Positions 47,497-57,630 of a stretch of 64,000 nt of DNA are shown piece after piece (position 1 is the first letter of the stretch; every line of letters begins with the position of its first letter). The notes under the pieces were generated by a model, which worked only from the letters and a program-made list of their open reading frames with translations, did not search any database and was not told the DNA's origin. The stretch is from the NCBI GenBank assembly GCA_001002765.1, contig LCMS01000001.1:4662-68661 (forward strand), read 5' to 3'. The stretch is from Candidatus Uhrbacteria bacterium GW2011_GWE2_46_68. GTDB taxonomy: Bacteria > Patescibacteriota > Patescibacteriia > UBA9934 > GWF2-40-263. The translations under genes and the position numbers were made by a program.

Positions 47497-48585
47497 ATGA
47501 AAGGAGGATTTAAAGGGGTGTGGGAACGCGTTGAGGAGATGCTTGAGCCGGTGGATAAAAGAGAAGTGGCAAACATGACCAAAAGTTTGGCCATTATGTT
47601 GCGATCCGGGGTTACGACCGTGGATGCACTTGATATTCTTGCCGAACAACATACCGGTAGAGTGAAAAGCGCGGTTAAACATATGGCGGAGCAGGTGCGT
47701 TTTGGGGAAACGTTTGCCGAAGCTGCAGAAAAAGAAAAAAACGTTTTTGACAAGGTGTTTATCGGTTCGGTTCGTATCGGAGAAAATTCCGGCACACTCG
47801 CGGAAAACCTCGAACATTTGTATACGCAAATGGATCGTTCGTTGATGATCAGGCAACAAGTGATTTCCGCCATGATTTATCCCGCCATTGTCGTATCTTT
47901 GATTGCGGTCGTTGGGTTTTGCATTGCGATTTTCGTGTTGCCGCAGATGGCGCAAACATTTGCGGCGCTTAAAACCGAGCTGCCATGGAGCACGCGGATG
48001 ATTATGGGGTTTGCCGATTTTTCCAAGAAGTACGGGCTTATCGTTTATCCGTTTTTTTTCCTTTTTAGCGCGTTTTGTGTTCTTTTTTTGAAACAAAAAT
48101 TTATCCATCGTTTTACGCATCCTTTCATTTTGCGCGTTCCTTTCCTTTTTTCTTTTTCCCGCGAATTGAACAATGCTCGTTTTTGCCGCTCACTTGGAAC
48201 TTTATTGGAAAATGGTGTTCCGATTCGAGAGGCCATGTTGTTGACCAGTACGCTTATGTCCAATGTTGTATTCGGCAAGCAGGTTTTTTATATGAGCCAG
48301 GAAGTAGAGTCTGGAAAATTATTGTCCGAATCCCTTCGCAAATATCATCGTTTGTTTCCCGCCATGATCGCAAGCATGGTGGCTGTGGGAGAGCGTTCGG
48401 GAGGAGTGGGAAAAATGCTTTTGTATTTGGCGGATTATTTTGAAAATCGTGTGGACGTGAAGTTTAAAAATTCTTCTTCCTTAATCGAGCCTGCTCTTCT
48501 CATTTTAGTGGGACTTGCCGTAGCATTTGTGGCGTTTTCGATTTTGTCTCCCATTTACGACATTACTTCTTCGTTATCGGGATAA
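47497..48585 (+). CDS. pilC: Type IV pilus platform protein (PilC/GspF)
   Basis: GENSGTL, AMIYPAIV, GERSG, EPALL. Confidence 0.9.
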   Translation: MKGGFKGVWERVEEMLEPVDKREVANMTKSLAIMLRSGVTTVDALDILAEQHTGRVKSAVKHMAEQVRFGETFAEAAEKEKNVFDKVFIGSVRIGENSGTLAENLEHLYTQMDRSLMIRQQVISAMIYPAIVVSLIAVVGFCIAIFVLPQMAQTFAALKTELPWSTRMIMGFADFSKKYGLIVYPFFFLFSAFCVLFLKQKFIHRFTHPFILRVPFLFSFSRELNNARFCRSLGTLLENGVPIREAMLLTSTLMSNVVFGKQVFYMSQEVESGKLLSESLRKYHRLFPAMIASMVAVGERSGGVGKMLLYLADYFENRVDVKFKNSSSLIEPALLILVGLAVAFVAFSILSPIYDITSSLSG

Positions 48586-48620
48586 TCGTCTATTAGAAAT
48601 TTTCTTTCCATATTGATTAT

Positions 48621-49637
48621 ATGTTTTTTCCTCATTTATCAGGTTTGGGTATAGACGTTTCCGAACATCACGTGCGTTTCGCGCTTGTTTCTTTTTTTGG
48701 AGGCGTCAAACATGTACAAGAGATTGTGCTTCCCGAAGGGTATGTTGTGGATGAAAAAATCGTCAAACAAGAAGAGTTGAAAGCATTGATACAAGAACAG
48801 TTAAAAACCATACGTCCGTTTATCGCTTCATCGGTACGCACGACGATTTTGGTACCGGAGTCCCGAGTGTTTTCCGCCGAAATACTTGTGGAATTGCACC
48901 AAGATGAGGAAATGGCTTTGGCCGAGGCTACGCGTCTTGCACAAAAGAAAATTCCCATTCCGTTTGGTCAAGCATATCTTTCCGCTTCTTGGGGTGAGAA
49001 AATTTCCGATCAAAAGCGTGTCAATATTTATACGTCTCCTCGGGAAGTGATTGATGGACTTTCCCATGTCTTTCTCACATTTTTTCCACACCTGATAGCC
49101 ATGGAAGTTAACAGTAAAGCGCTTCAACGCCTGCTCATTCTCTTTTCGAAATACAAACAACTTTTGGCAAAAAAAGATCAGTTGATTTGTATTGCCGACG
49201 TCGGACACAGTTGGTCTACCATTTCCGTATTCACTTCTTATGGTTCACAGTTGTTTTCTCGTACTCTGTCGCATGCGGGGCACTGCGAAGTCGTGGAAGG
49301 CAAAATGGTTCTTAGGCCCGAAGCCGCACAATTGATTGCAGAGACGATCACCGAAACCAAAGCTTTTTTTCATGTACAAAAGAGGCCTATAGCGGTTGCT
49401 GTCTTATGCGGGGTGGAGGCCATGCAAGAGCATGTGTTGGACGCCTGTCGTTTGGAAAAAGAAATTCCTGTTATTCTTGCCGGGGATATGGTGACGCTTC
49501 ATGGCGCGTCCAAAGATTCCATTCATTGTTTTGGAGCCGCAATCGGAGCTGCCTATCGTGCCCTGCGGCCGGGTCAGTATGCGTATCAACATAATTTTTT
49601 GTCCGGCATGCATGAAGAGAAAACACCGGATAAATGA
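48621..49637 (+). CDS. pilM: PilM-like actin-fold protein
   Basis: GIDVSE, ADVGHSWST, AIGAAYR. Confidence 0.75.
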   Translation: MFFPHLSGLGIDVSEHHVRFALVSFFGGVKHVQEIVLPEGYVVDEKIVKQEELKALIQEQLKTIRPFIASSVRTTILVPESRVFSAEILVELHQDEEMALAEATRLAQKKIPIPFGQAYLSASWGEKISDQKRVNIYTSPREVIDGLSHVFLTFFPHLIAMEVNSKALQRLLILFSKYKQLLAKKDQLICIADVGHSWSTISVFTSYGSQLFSRTLSHAGHCEVVEGKMVLRPEAAQLIAETITETKAFFHVQKRPIAVAVLCGVEAMQEHVLDACRLEKEIPVILAGDMVTLHGASKDSIHCFGAAIGAAYRALRPGQYAYQHNFLSGMHEEKTPDK

Positions 49638-49643
49638 ACGGAT

Positions 49644-50084
49644 ATGCGTGAGGAAAAACGAGGCTTCACTATCATTGAGCTTATTGTTGTTTTAGGGATC
49701 ATCAGTCTTTTGTGTACACTTGCGTTTCGTTTTTCTCTTACAGGCATAAGAGAAAATGAAGTGTCGGGAGCGGTGCAAGGTTTTGTTTTTGCCGCACGAC
49801 AAGCCCAGATATTGTCGCGAGCGGGAGAAGGGAATGCGCCTTGCGGTGTGTATGCGCAAACAGGTGGAATCACGGTGTTTCAGGGGGAAAGTTATGCGAC
49901 GCGGGACACAAGCCTGGATCGCATTTTTCCGGTAGCTGACAGCGTTTTTTTTACAGGAGACACGGAAATCATCTTTGCCGATTTTACCGGAAAACCCGAT
50001 GTCGGAGGGGTGTTGGTGGTATCTTCCTCTGGTGTTTCGTCCGTATCAGTCACAATCAATGCGGAGGGCATGGTGGAGTATTAG
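49644..50084 (+). CDS. Minor pilin (FimT/GspH-like)
   Basis: Prepilin motif RGFTIIELIVV. Confidence 0.85.
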   Translation: MREEKRGFTIIELIVVLGIISLLCTLAFRFSLTGIRENEVSGAVQGFVFAARQAQILSRAGEGNAPCGVYAQTGGITVFQGESYATRDTSLDRIFPVADSVFFTGDTEIIFADFTGKPDVGGVLVVSSSGVSSVSVTINAEGMVEY

Positions 50085-50095
50085 ATATCGAAAAT

Positions 50096-51487
50096 ATGTT
50101 TGCGTACGAAAAAAAACAAGAAGGATTTATTCTCGTGGAAGTATTGGTCACCATGGCACTTTTGGCATTGTTTTTTTCAGGTATTACCAGCGCGTGGGTA
50201 AATGGATTGCAATCAGGACGTGTGGCAGGTGATCGTACGCGCGCACTTTTTTTGGCTGAGGAAGGTCTGGCAGCCGTTCAAAATCTACGTGACGCCGGTT
50301 TTACAAATCTGACAAACGGCACTCACGGCATCAATGATTCAGGTTTGCAGTGGGCATTTGCAGGGTCATCGGACGCGACAGATATTTTTACAAGAGAAGT
50401 GACAATCTCTTCGATCGACGCATCCACAAAAAATATAACCAGCACCGTTTCTTGGGAAAAGTCTGATGGGGTCATATCTTCCGTTGCACTCACCTCATAT
50501 TTTACCAATTGGATCACAGCGACCTCCGGAGGATGGCTGACTCCATCACAGACAGGGGTTCTCAACCTTTCCAGCACACAAGACGGATTGCGTGTTCAAG
50601 TTTCTGGAGATTATGCTTATATCGTGCGCGCAAGCGGAAGCCCGGATTTTTTCATAGTGAATATCACAAATCCTTCCGCACCAGCCCTTGTCGGTTCTTT
50701 GTCGGTTGGAAACACCGTCACAGATCTAGTTGTTTCGGGTTCTTACGCTTATGTGACCGGACAAAATAATTCGGCCGAATTAAGAATCATAAATATTACT
50801 AACCCAGCTTCCCCGACCATTGTTGGAACCTATAATGCACCGGGAAACGCTAACGCTACATCTGTCTTTGTAAGCGGTACAAACGCGTATGTTGTGCGCG
50901 CATCAAGCAGTGATCGTGAGTTTCTTGCTGTGAATATCACCAATCCTGCTATTCCTGTACTGCTTGGATCTTTGGATTTAGGAGATCAGGGGAACGATGT
51001 GGCGGTGTCGGGTTCTTATGCCTATGTGGCATCAAACAGCAATACACAAGAGGTACAGATAGTGAATATAACGAATCCAGCTGTTCCGACCTTGGCGGGC
51101 AGTTATAATCTTTCAGGCACATCCAATTCTTCTTCCATCGCGGTAAACAGTAACCTTGTTTATTTTTCCAATAATGACACGCTCTATATTTTGGACGATA
51201 CCACGCACGGCTCGCCTGTATGGCAAGGCTCTACCGGTCTTGGCGGCGTGATCAATGACATCGCTTTTGACGGGAGCGGTTTATCGCTCATTTTTGCGGC
51301 CACATCTTTTTCCACACGCGAGTGTGAAGTTGTGAATGTGTATGATCCCACAGCCCCCGTTTTGATCGGCTATGTGAATATCACAGGCTCATCGGCTAAC
51401 GGAGTTGCCTATGATCCCGTATTGGATCAAGTGGTGATGGCTTGCACAGACAATTCCTCGGAACTTATCACCATAACGCATCCTTAG
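50096..51487 (+). CDS. Pilin-like protein with LVIVD-type repeat propeller (putative adhesin)
   Basis: EGFILVEVLV; repeated VSGSYAYV...IVNITNP..P.LVGS. Confidence 0.85.
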   Translation: MFAYEKKQEGFILVEVLVTMALLALFFSGITSAWVNGLQSGRVAGDRTRALFLAEEGLAAVQNLRDAGFTNLTNGTHGINDSGLQWAFAGSSDATDIFTREVTISSIDASTKNITSTVSWEKSDGVISSVALTSYFTNWITATSGGWLTPSQTGVLNLSSTQDGLRVQVSGDYAYIVRASGSPDFFIVNITNPSAPALVGSLSVGNTVTDLVVSGSYAYVTGQNNSAELRIINITNPASPTIVGTYNAPGNANATSVFVSGTNAYVVRASSSDREFLAVNITNPAIPVLLGSLDLGDQGNDVAVSGSYAYVASNSNTQEVQIVNITNPAVPTLAGSYNLSGTSNSSSIAVNSNLVYFSNNDTLYILDDTTHGSPVWQGSTGLGGVINDIAFDGSGLSLIFAATSFSTRECEVVNVYDPTAPVLIGYVNITGSSANGVAYDPVLDQVVMACTDNSSELITITHP

Positions 51488-51489
51488 GT

Positions 51490-52008
51490 GTGAAAAGATT
51501 ATTTCAAAATAAAAAAAGAGGTTTTACGCTCATTGAGGTTGTTTTATATGTCGCGATTGCGGGTATGGTGGTTTTTGCCCTCGGGTTTCTTGTGAAGGAA
51601 TCCGGAGAAACCCGTTTGCGTCAAAGGGTTATGGCCGAGGTGGAGCAACAAGGCCTTCTTATTTCGGATCATATCTCGCAAGCTATAAGGAACGCGGCTT
51701 CGATTACTACTCCTTCCGCAGGAAATACGACTTCTTCGCTCACACTTGCTTATGCGGACGTGTTAAAAAACCCAACAGTATTTGATGTATCTGCAGATGC
51801 CGTACAGATCACCGAGGGGGCGGAATCTCCAATACCTCTTACCAATACACGTGTTTTGGTGACTGATTTTTCTTTTCACAATCTTTCCCTTGCTTCCACA
51901 CCCGGTAGTGTGCAATTTTCATTTACGTTAAACTACGTCCTTTCTTCGGATGATGCCACGCGTTTTCAATATTCAAGAACATTTTATGGTGCGGCCAGTT
52001 TGCGATAA
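51490..52008 (+). CDS. Minor pilin (PilW-like)
   Basis: RGFTLIEVVLY; GTG start inferred. Confidence 0.85.
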   Translation: MKRLFQNKKRGFTLIEVVLYVAIAGMVVFALGFLVKESGETRLRQRVMAEVEQQGLLISDHISQAIRNAASITTPSAGNTTSSLTLAYADVLKNPTVFDVSADAVQITEGAESPIPLTNTRVLVTDFSFHNLSLASTPGSVQFSFTLNYVLSSDDATRFQYSRTFYGAASLR

Positions 52009-52432
52009 ACATGGATTTGTCCTTCCAAAGCTCCACCGACAGTGGAGCAAAGGAGGATTTGCCACACTTGCCGGCATATTGATGGTAGGCGCAATCGGAG
52101 CGGCAACCGCAACTTTAGTCTTGTTTTTTGGATCGGATTTTTCCCGTTCTGTCTTAAGTGCGCAACAATCTTATGAAGCAAAAGCGCTTGCTCGCGCTTG
52201 CGCCGATACGGCTCTTTTGGCAATACATAACAATATCTCTTACACAGGTTCTGATTCACTTACTTTAGGTCAGGGTACTTGTGAGTATGTGATCACCGTT
52301 ACCGGCCCCACGAGCCGTTTGATTCAATCCTCCGGCACCGTGGGAGAGGTGACAAGAAATATAGAGATTTCCATATCGCGTTTGATGCCCACCATTAGCA
52401 TTTCTTCCTGGCAAGATGTGGATGAGTTTTGA
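51950..52432 (+). CDS. Minor pilin (PilX-like)
   Basis: GGFATL hydrophobic stretch lacking E5, A.ALARAC, SWQDV; start uncertain. Confidence 0.7.
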   Translation: MMPRVFNIQEHFMVRPVCDKHGFVLPKLHRQWSKGGFATLAGILMVGAIGAATATLVLFFGSDFSRSVLSAQQSYEAKALARACADTALLAIHNNISYTGSDSLTLGQGTCEYVITVTGPTSRLIQSSGTVGEVTRNIEISISRLMPTISISSWQDVDEF

Positions 52433-52440
52433 TGAGGGGG

Positions 52441-52597
52441 GGGGTCAGGTCTTTACCTTTTACCTTATATTTTACCTTGTACAAAATTTTCACTCTTTTT
52501 TGAGAAGAAACCCTATACAATGACAGATATTTTTCAGATATTTTTGTTTATTTAAAGCCAAAATATTGGATGGGGTAAAAGGTAAAGACCTGACCCC
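52441..52597. mobile_element. MITE-like element with perfect 24-bp terminal inverted repeats
   Basis: GGGGTCAGGTCTTTACCTTTTACC at 52441-52464 and reverse complement at 52574-52597. Confidence 0.65.
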
Positions 52598-52691
52598 GAA
52601 GTTGTTTTTTGGGTAAGACCGCCTAAAACACAAACAAAAAATCGCCTCTGGAGCCATATCCGCGAGGCGATTTTTGTAGGAAACGAGGAAA

Positions 52692-53168
52692 CTATCGTGT
52701 CACACTGATAGCGGCGCCGTCCGGATCACAAGCCCCAACTCTTACTGTCCCGTTGGAGTTGCGGATCATATAATAATCGGTTTCAGTGGTTAACCCACCT
52801 GCCGGATCCAGAGGTACCGTGCCAAGATAGCCATCAGTGACGAGTTCGGTGAGATCCACACAAGCGGCTTGCGTGGTTTGAGCGGTACATCCGGTATCGC
52901 AACCAGAGACATTAGTGCCAATCGTATAGCCACTTCCTGTGACCAAAGCTGTGACCGTGGCGGGATAAGCACCATCATTGTCCACTTGAAAGGTTTTGAG
53001 GGCTGCAGCGACGTTTTCCACATCAGCCTGTCGTCTGGCGTCACGCGCATCCGCAAAGCGTTGCGCAGGATTTAGAGAAACAAATACCACTCCGGCCAAG
53101 ATTGCGATAATGGCGATCACAATCAAAAGCTCAATGAGCGTAAAACCGCGTTTGCTGTTTTTTTGCAT
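52692..53168 (-). CDS. Type IV major pilin-like protein
   Basis: RGFTLIELLIVIAIIAILA, ARDARRQAD, VPLDP. Confidence 0.9.
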   Translation of the reverse strand: MQKNSKRGFTLIELLIVIAIIAILAGVVFVSLNPAQRFADARDARRQADVENVAAALKTFQVDNDGAYPATVTALVTGSGYTIGTNVSGCDTGCTAQTTQAACVDLTELVTDGYLGTVPLDPAGGLTTETDYYMIRNSNGTVRVGACDPDGAAISVTR

Positions 53169-53306
53169 AGGTTTTTTAGAGAATTAACTTTTTATAGTTT
53201 ATCACAGTAAAAGCCTTTTTTGCGCGTTTGAAAGCGGGCCATGTGGATAATTCTCATTCACCATAGTGTGGGCATTTTTGTCTCCGATAAGGTAGAATGG
53301 TGACAT

Positions 53307-53498
53307 ATGACTGATAAACAAAAAACTGATATCTCTTTTACAGACGACGTGATCGTAGGGATGCCCGAAAGTTCGGAGCAGGTTTTAATCAGATCTGCGC
53401 TCATGGAAAAAATCCTCAAAAGCGCGGAAGCGATTCAAAAACTGCGCGCTGAAGGAGAGGTTGGTGCTGCCATTGCCAGAAAAATTCCCGAGAGTTAA
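53307..53498 (+). CDS. Small hypothetical protein
   Basis: 63 aa ORF followed by a hairpin terminator (~53515-53543). Confidence 0.5.
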   Translation: MTDKQKTDISFTDDVIVGMPESSEQVLIRSALMEKILKSAEAIQKLRAEGEVGAAIARKIPES

Positions 53499-53628
53499 AG
53501 AAGCAACCGAAACAAAAAATCTCTCTTAGACAGAGAGGTTTTTGTTTTAACCATTGTATAACTTGCTTGTGTTATGCGTTCGGGGGGGGGGTAAAATTAG
53601 CATGTTCATCATTTATTTCTTTAAGAAC

Positions 53629-53964
53629 ATGTATATGCCAGAAACGCCAGGGTATGTGCCACCAGAGGCACAAACAAAACAACCAGAGGAGTTGTCTCAA
53701 CAAGAGAACATTCCAACAGCAAGATGGAGCAAGGAAGGTCTCATAGAAAGAGTGGATAGAGAAAATTTAATTACTTCCATGGGAGAAATGGTCAGAATTA
53801 TCAAAGAGATGAGTTTTGAACAATGGAAACAAGTGGCTCCAGAAGTACAAGGGCGACCCATGACAGCAGAAGAGTATTTAACACTCATGCAAGATGGTTT
53901 GGACAGATTGAAACAAATGGGTGATGAAAATTTAGGCACAAGATCCTCGATAAAGATCGAATAG
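53629..53964 (+). CDS. Hypothetical protein
   Basis: ORF from ATG 53629/53635; terminator GCCCCCTC-gacgt-GAGGGGGT at ~53977-54002. Confidence 0.6.
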   Translation: MYMPETPGYVPPEAQTKQPEELSQQENIPTARWSKEGLIERVDRENLITSMGEMVRIIKEMSFEQWKQVAPEVQGRPMTAEEYLTLMQDGLDRLKQMGDENLGTRSSIKIE

Positions 53965-54032
53965 CAATAAACAGAAGCCCCCTCGACGTGAGGGGGTTTT
54001 TTGGATAGACTACGCACAGTTATGGATCAAAT

Positions 54033-55820
54033 ATGGATCAAAATCTGATACGAAATTTCTGCATTATTGCGCACATTGATCATGGAAAGTCCACGCTTGC
54101 GGATCGCATGTTGGAAATGACCGGTACCGTGGATAAACGCAAAATGAAGGATCAAATTCTTGACTCCATGGATCTGGAGCGCGAAAAAGGGATCACGATC
54201 AAACTCACTCCGGCGCGCATGCACTATGAGGGGCATATTCTTAACTTAATCGATACCCCCGGGCATGTGGATTTTAATTATGAAGTTTCCAGATCTTTGG
54301 CAGCTGTGGAAGGAGCTGTTCTTCTTGTCGACTCCACCCAAGGAGTACAAGCGCAAACCATCGGGAATCTCTATCTTGCACTTGCCGAAGATCTCACCAT
54401 TATTCCCGTGCTCAATAAAATTGATCTTCCTGCGGCCGATGTCCCACGTCGTCGGCAAGAGCTCATGCAGCTTCTTGGATGTTCGCCTGATGAAATTCTG
54501 ACCGTGAGCGGAAAGACAGGCGAGGGAGTTCCTTTACTCTTACAGGAAATCATCAAGCGTATTCCTGCGCCGCAGGGAGATGCCACACGTCCATCACGAG
54601 CCCTTATTTTTGATTCTTTTTACGATGACTACAAAGGTGTGGTGGCTTATATTCGTGTGGTGGATGGAAGTTTTCACAAAGGAAAAAATGTCCGCATGTT
54701 TGCCACCCATGCACAGGGTGAAATTTTGGAACTCGGTGCCATTAATCCTACAGGGTGGCAACCTGCAGACACGCTTGAAACCGGACAAATCGGGTATCTC
54801 GTCACCGGACTTAAGGATATTCAAGGATGTCGCGTGGGGGACACGGTTATTGCCGCAGATCATGGAGCGGTCGAACATCTTCTCGGTTATAAAGAGGTAA
54901 AGCCCATGGTATATGCCGGATTGTTTCCTCAAGAGGGAAGTGACTTCCAACGTTTGCGCGAGGCCATGGATCGATTGAAACTCAATGATGCGGCACTTAC
55001 GTTTGAGCCCGAACATTCTCCCGCACTTGGGTATGGATTTCGTTGCGGGCTTTTGGGGATGCTTCATTTGGAAATCGTCAAGGAACGGTTGGAGCGTGAG
55101 TATGATCTTCCTCTTGTCATTACCGTTCCATCCGTGGGGTACACGGTTTACAAAAAAGGAGGGGAGAAAATGATGATCAAAAGTCCACTTGAGCTTCCCG
55201 ATCCTTCTTTTTATGATCACATCGAAGAACCTTGGGTCAAGGTGGATATTGTGACACCCAATGATTTTATCGGAGCGGTCATGTCTCTGGTTCAAGATCG
55301 GCGAGGAATGTACAAAAATACCGAATATCTTTCTGATGCCCAGGCGATTTTGCACTATGAGATGCCTCTTTCCATGGTGATTGTGGATTTTTATGACAAG
55401 CTCAAAAGTGTGACCTCCGGATATGCCTCGCTCAACTATGAATGGTTTGGAGAGCGCATGGCCGATGTGGTGCGGATGGATATTTTGGTTGCAGAGGAGC
55501 CGGAGGAAGCGTTTGCCACTCTTGTGTATCGTGATGAGGCCGAGCGTGTGGGGAGACGAGTCATTAGTGTGCTTAAAGATTCCATTCCCAAACAATGGTT
55601 TGTGATCAAACTTCAGGCAGCCATTGGAGGCAAGGTTGTGGCGGCAGAGCGCATCAGTGCACTTCGTAAAGATGTGACTGCAAAATTATATGGTGGAGAT
55701 GTCACACGTAAACGAAAACTTCTCGAAAAGCAAAAGAAAGGAAAGGCTAAGATGGCCGAATTCGGAAAAGGCAAGGTTCAGATTCCAACCAGCGCGTATT
55801 TGGAAGTGTTGAAACGATAA
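54033..55820 (+). CDS. lepA: Translation elongation factor 4
   Basis: IRNFCIIAHIDHGKSTLADR, RCGLLGMLHLEI, KLYGGDVTRKRKLLEKQK. Confidence 0.97.
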   Translation: MDQNLIRNFCIIAHIDHGKSTLADRMLEMTGTVDKRKMKDQILDSMDLEREKGITIKLTPARMHYEGHILNLIDTPGHVDFNYEVSRSLAAVEGAVLLVDSTQGVQAQTIGNLYLALAEDLTIIPVLNKIDLPAADVPRRRQELMQLLGCSPDEILTVSGKTGEGVPLLLQEIIKRIPAPQGDATRPSRALIFDSFYDDYKGVVAYIRVVDGSFHKGKNVRMFATHAQGEILELGAINPTGWQPADTLETGQIGYLVTGLKDIQGCRVGDTVIAADHGAVEHLLGYKEVKPMVYAGLFPQEGSDFQRLREAMDRLKLNDAALTFEPEHSPALGYGFRCGLLGMLHLEIVKERLEREYDLPLVITVPSVGYTVYKKGGEKMMIKSPLELPDPSFYDHIEEPWVKVDIVTPNDFIGAVMSLVQDRRGMYKNTEYLSDAQAILHYEMPLSMVIVDFYDKLKSVTSGYASLNYEWFGERMADVVRMDILVAEEPEEAFATLVYRDEAERVGRRVISVLKDSIPKQWFVIKLQAAIGGKVVAAERISALRKDVTAKLYGGDVTRKRKLLEKQKKGKAKMAEFGKGKVQIPTSAYLEVLKR

Positions 55821-55885
55821 TGGGGTCAGGTCGTGCTTCGTGCTTTTTATCCACGATGAAATAAAAACTCTCATCATTAATCATT

Positions 55886-57628
55886 ATGCCCGATATTTTT
55901 TGGCAAATAGCGCCACAGGTTTCAGAAGAAGAAACAGATGCTTATCCCGAGATAGATCCGGTTGTTTTGCAGTTGCTTGCCAATCGTGGCATCAAGTCAC
56001 AGGAAGCGATTGACATTTTTTTAGGTCCCGATTGGGGGCGCGATACCCATGATCCTTCTCTTTTTTTACACATGAAGCAAGCGACCAACCGTGTGTTTCA
56101 AGCGATTGAACGCGAAGAAATGATCAGTGTCCACGGTGACTATGATGCCGATGGTGTCTGCGGGACAGCCGTACTCGTCACGGTTTTGCGAGACATTTGC
56201 CGCCAACTGAAATGTGATCACGCCCGTTTTTCCACCTATATTCCTCATAGAGAAAAAGAAGGATATGGCCTTCATGAACATACGGTGCGGCACTTGCAAA
56301 AAGATGTGGGAACCAAACTTATTATCACGGTTGATTGCGGTATCAGCAATTATCAAGCGATTGAACTTGCCCACGATCTTGGTATGGATGTGATCGTCTG
56401 CGATCACCATGATGTGCCTGAGAAAGTTCCGAAAAACGCGATATTGATCCATCCGCAAGTCGTAGGAGAAACCTACCCGTTTAAACATTTGAGCGGAACC
56501 GGGGTGGCGTTTAAGTTTGCTCATGCTCTGCTTGAAGAAGCAAATCGTCGTGGAGCCGGATTTCATAAAGGCTATGAAAAGTGGTTGCTTGATTTGGTGG
56601 CGATTGCAACTGTGACTGACATCATGCCGCTCTTGGGAGAAAATCGCGTCCTCGAGCATTATGGACTTCTTGTTTTGAATAAAACGCGCCGCGTGGGACT
56701 CAAAAAATTGGTGGAGATTTCCGGAGGAGAATTTGGAAAACTGGATACCACGTCGATCGGGTATCAGATTGGTCCTCGGCTTAATGCGGCAGGAAGAATG
56801 GATCATGCCGACGTGGCACTGCAACTTCTCATTGAAGAAGACGAATCACGAGCGCTAGGACTTGCCAAAGAATTGCAAGAACTCAATATCGAACGACAAA
56901 AACAATCGGAAACGATTTTTCAAGAAGCTAAACGCCAAGTGGAAGCGCAGGAGGAATGTTCTTTGATTGTGGTGGTTGGTGAAGGATGGCCGGCCGGACT
57001 TGTGGGACTTGTGGCGGGAAAGTTAGTAGCCGCCTATCATCGTCCCGTATTTGTGATAGGACAAGAAGGGGAGGAATATGTGGGCTCGGGCCGAAGCCTT
57101 GGGGGATTTCATATGACGACCGCCTTGCAGACTATTGCAAAACATTTGGATGCGTTTGGCGGACATCCTCAAGCTTGCGGATTTTCGACGCGCGGAAAAG
57201 ATCGATTGGAAAAAGTTGTGGAAGGATTGCTTGCTTTTGCCAAGGAGACCATCCCCGATCCAAAAGTTGTGGCGACACTTGCCGTTGATGCAGAAATTCC
57301 ACTCTCATTATTGGATTGGGATTTTTACGGAGATTTGGAAAAGTTTGCGCCGTTTGGTGAAAAAAATCCTCGTCCGATTTTTTGTTCTCGTAACTTGACT
57401 GTGATGGGGATGGATACAGTGGGACTTCAGGGAAAACACTTGCGTTTGGTTTTACAATCTCCCGAAGGAAGAACATCCAAGTTTATCGGATTTAAATTTG
57501 GTGATTGGATTGAGCGATTGCATTTGGGAGCTCAATTGGATGTCGTTTACGAAATTGGAGTGAATGAGTGGAATGGCAGTCGTGAGCTTCAATGTTCCAT
57601 TCGTGATTTACGATTAGCATCACAATAA
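55886..57628 (+). CDS. recJ: ssDNA exonuclease RecJ
   Basis: GDYDADG, TVDCGI, DHH, PRLNAAGR, GGHPQACG. Confidence 0.95.
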   Translation: MPDIFWQIAPQVSEEETDAYPEIDPVVLQLLANRGIKSQEAIDIFLGPDWGRDTHDPSLFLHMKQATNRVFQAIEREEMISVHGDYDADGVCGTAVLVTVLRDICRQLKCDHARFSTYIPHREKEGYGLHEHTVRHLQKDVGTKLIITVDCGISNYQAIELAHDLGMDVIVCDHHDVPEKVPKNAILIHPQVVGETYPFKHLSGTGVAFKFAHALLEEANRRGAGFHKGYEKWLLDLVAIATVTDIMPLLGENRVLEHYGLLVLNKTRRVGLKKLVEISGGEFGKLDTTSIGYQIGPRLNAAGRMDHADVALQLLIEEDESRALGLAKELQELNIERQKQSETIFQEAKRQVEAQEECSLIVVVGEGWPAGLVGLVAGKLVAAYHRPVFVIGQEGEEYVGSGRSLGGFHMTTALQTIAKHLDAFGGHPQACGFSTRGKDRLEKVVEGLLAFAKETIPDPKVVATLAVDAEIPLSLLDWDFYGDLEKFAPFGEKNPRPIFCSRNLTVMGMDTVGLQGKHLRLVLQSPEGRTSKFIGFKFGDWIERLHLGAQLDVVYEIGVNEWNGSRELQCSIRDLRLASQ

Positions 57629-57630
57629 TT

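Noticed and set aside
54021-54042. 11-bp tandem duplication TATGGATCAAA at the lepA start
   Set aside because: Single small duplication; the downstream ATG gives an intact lepA and there is no sign of function.
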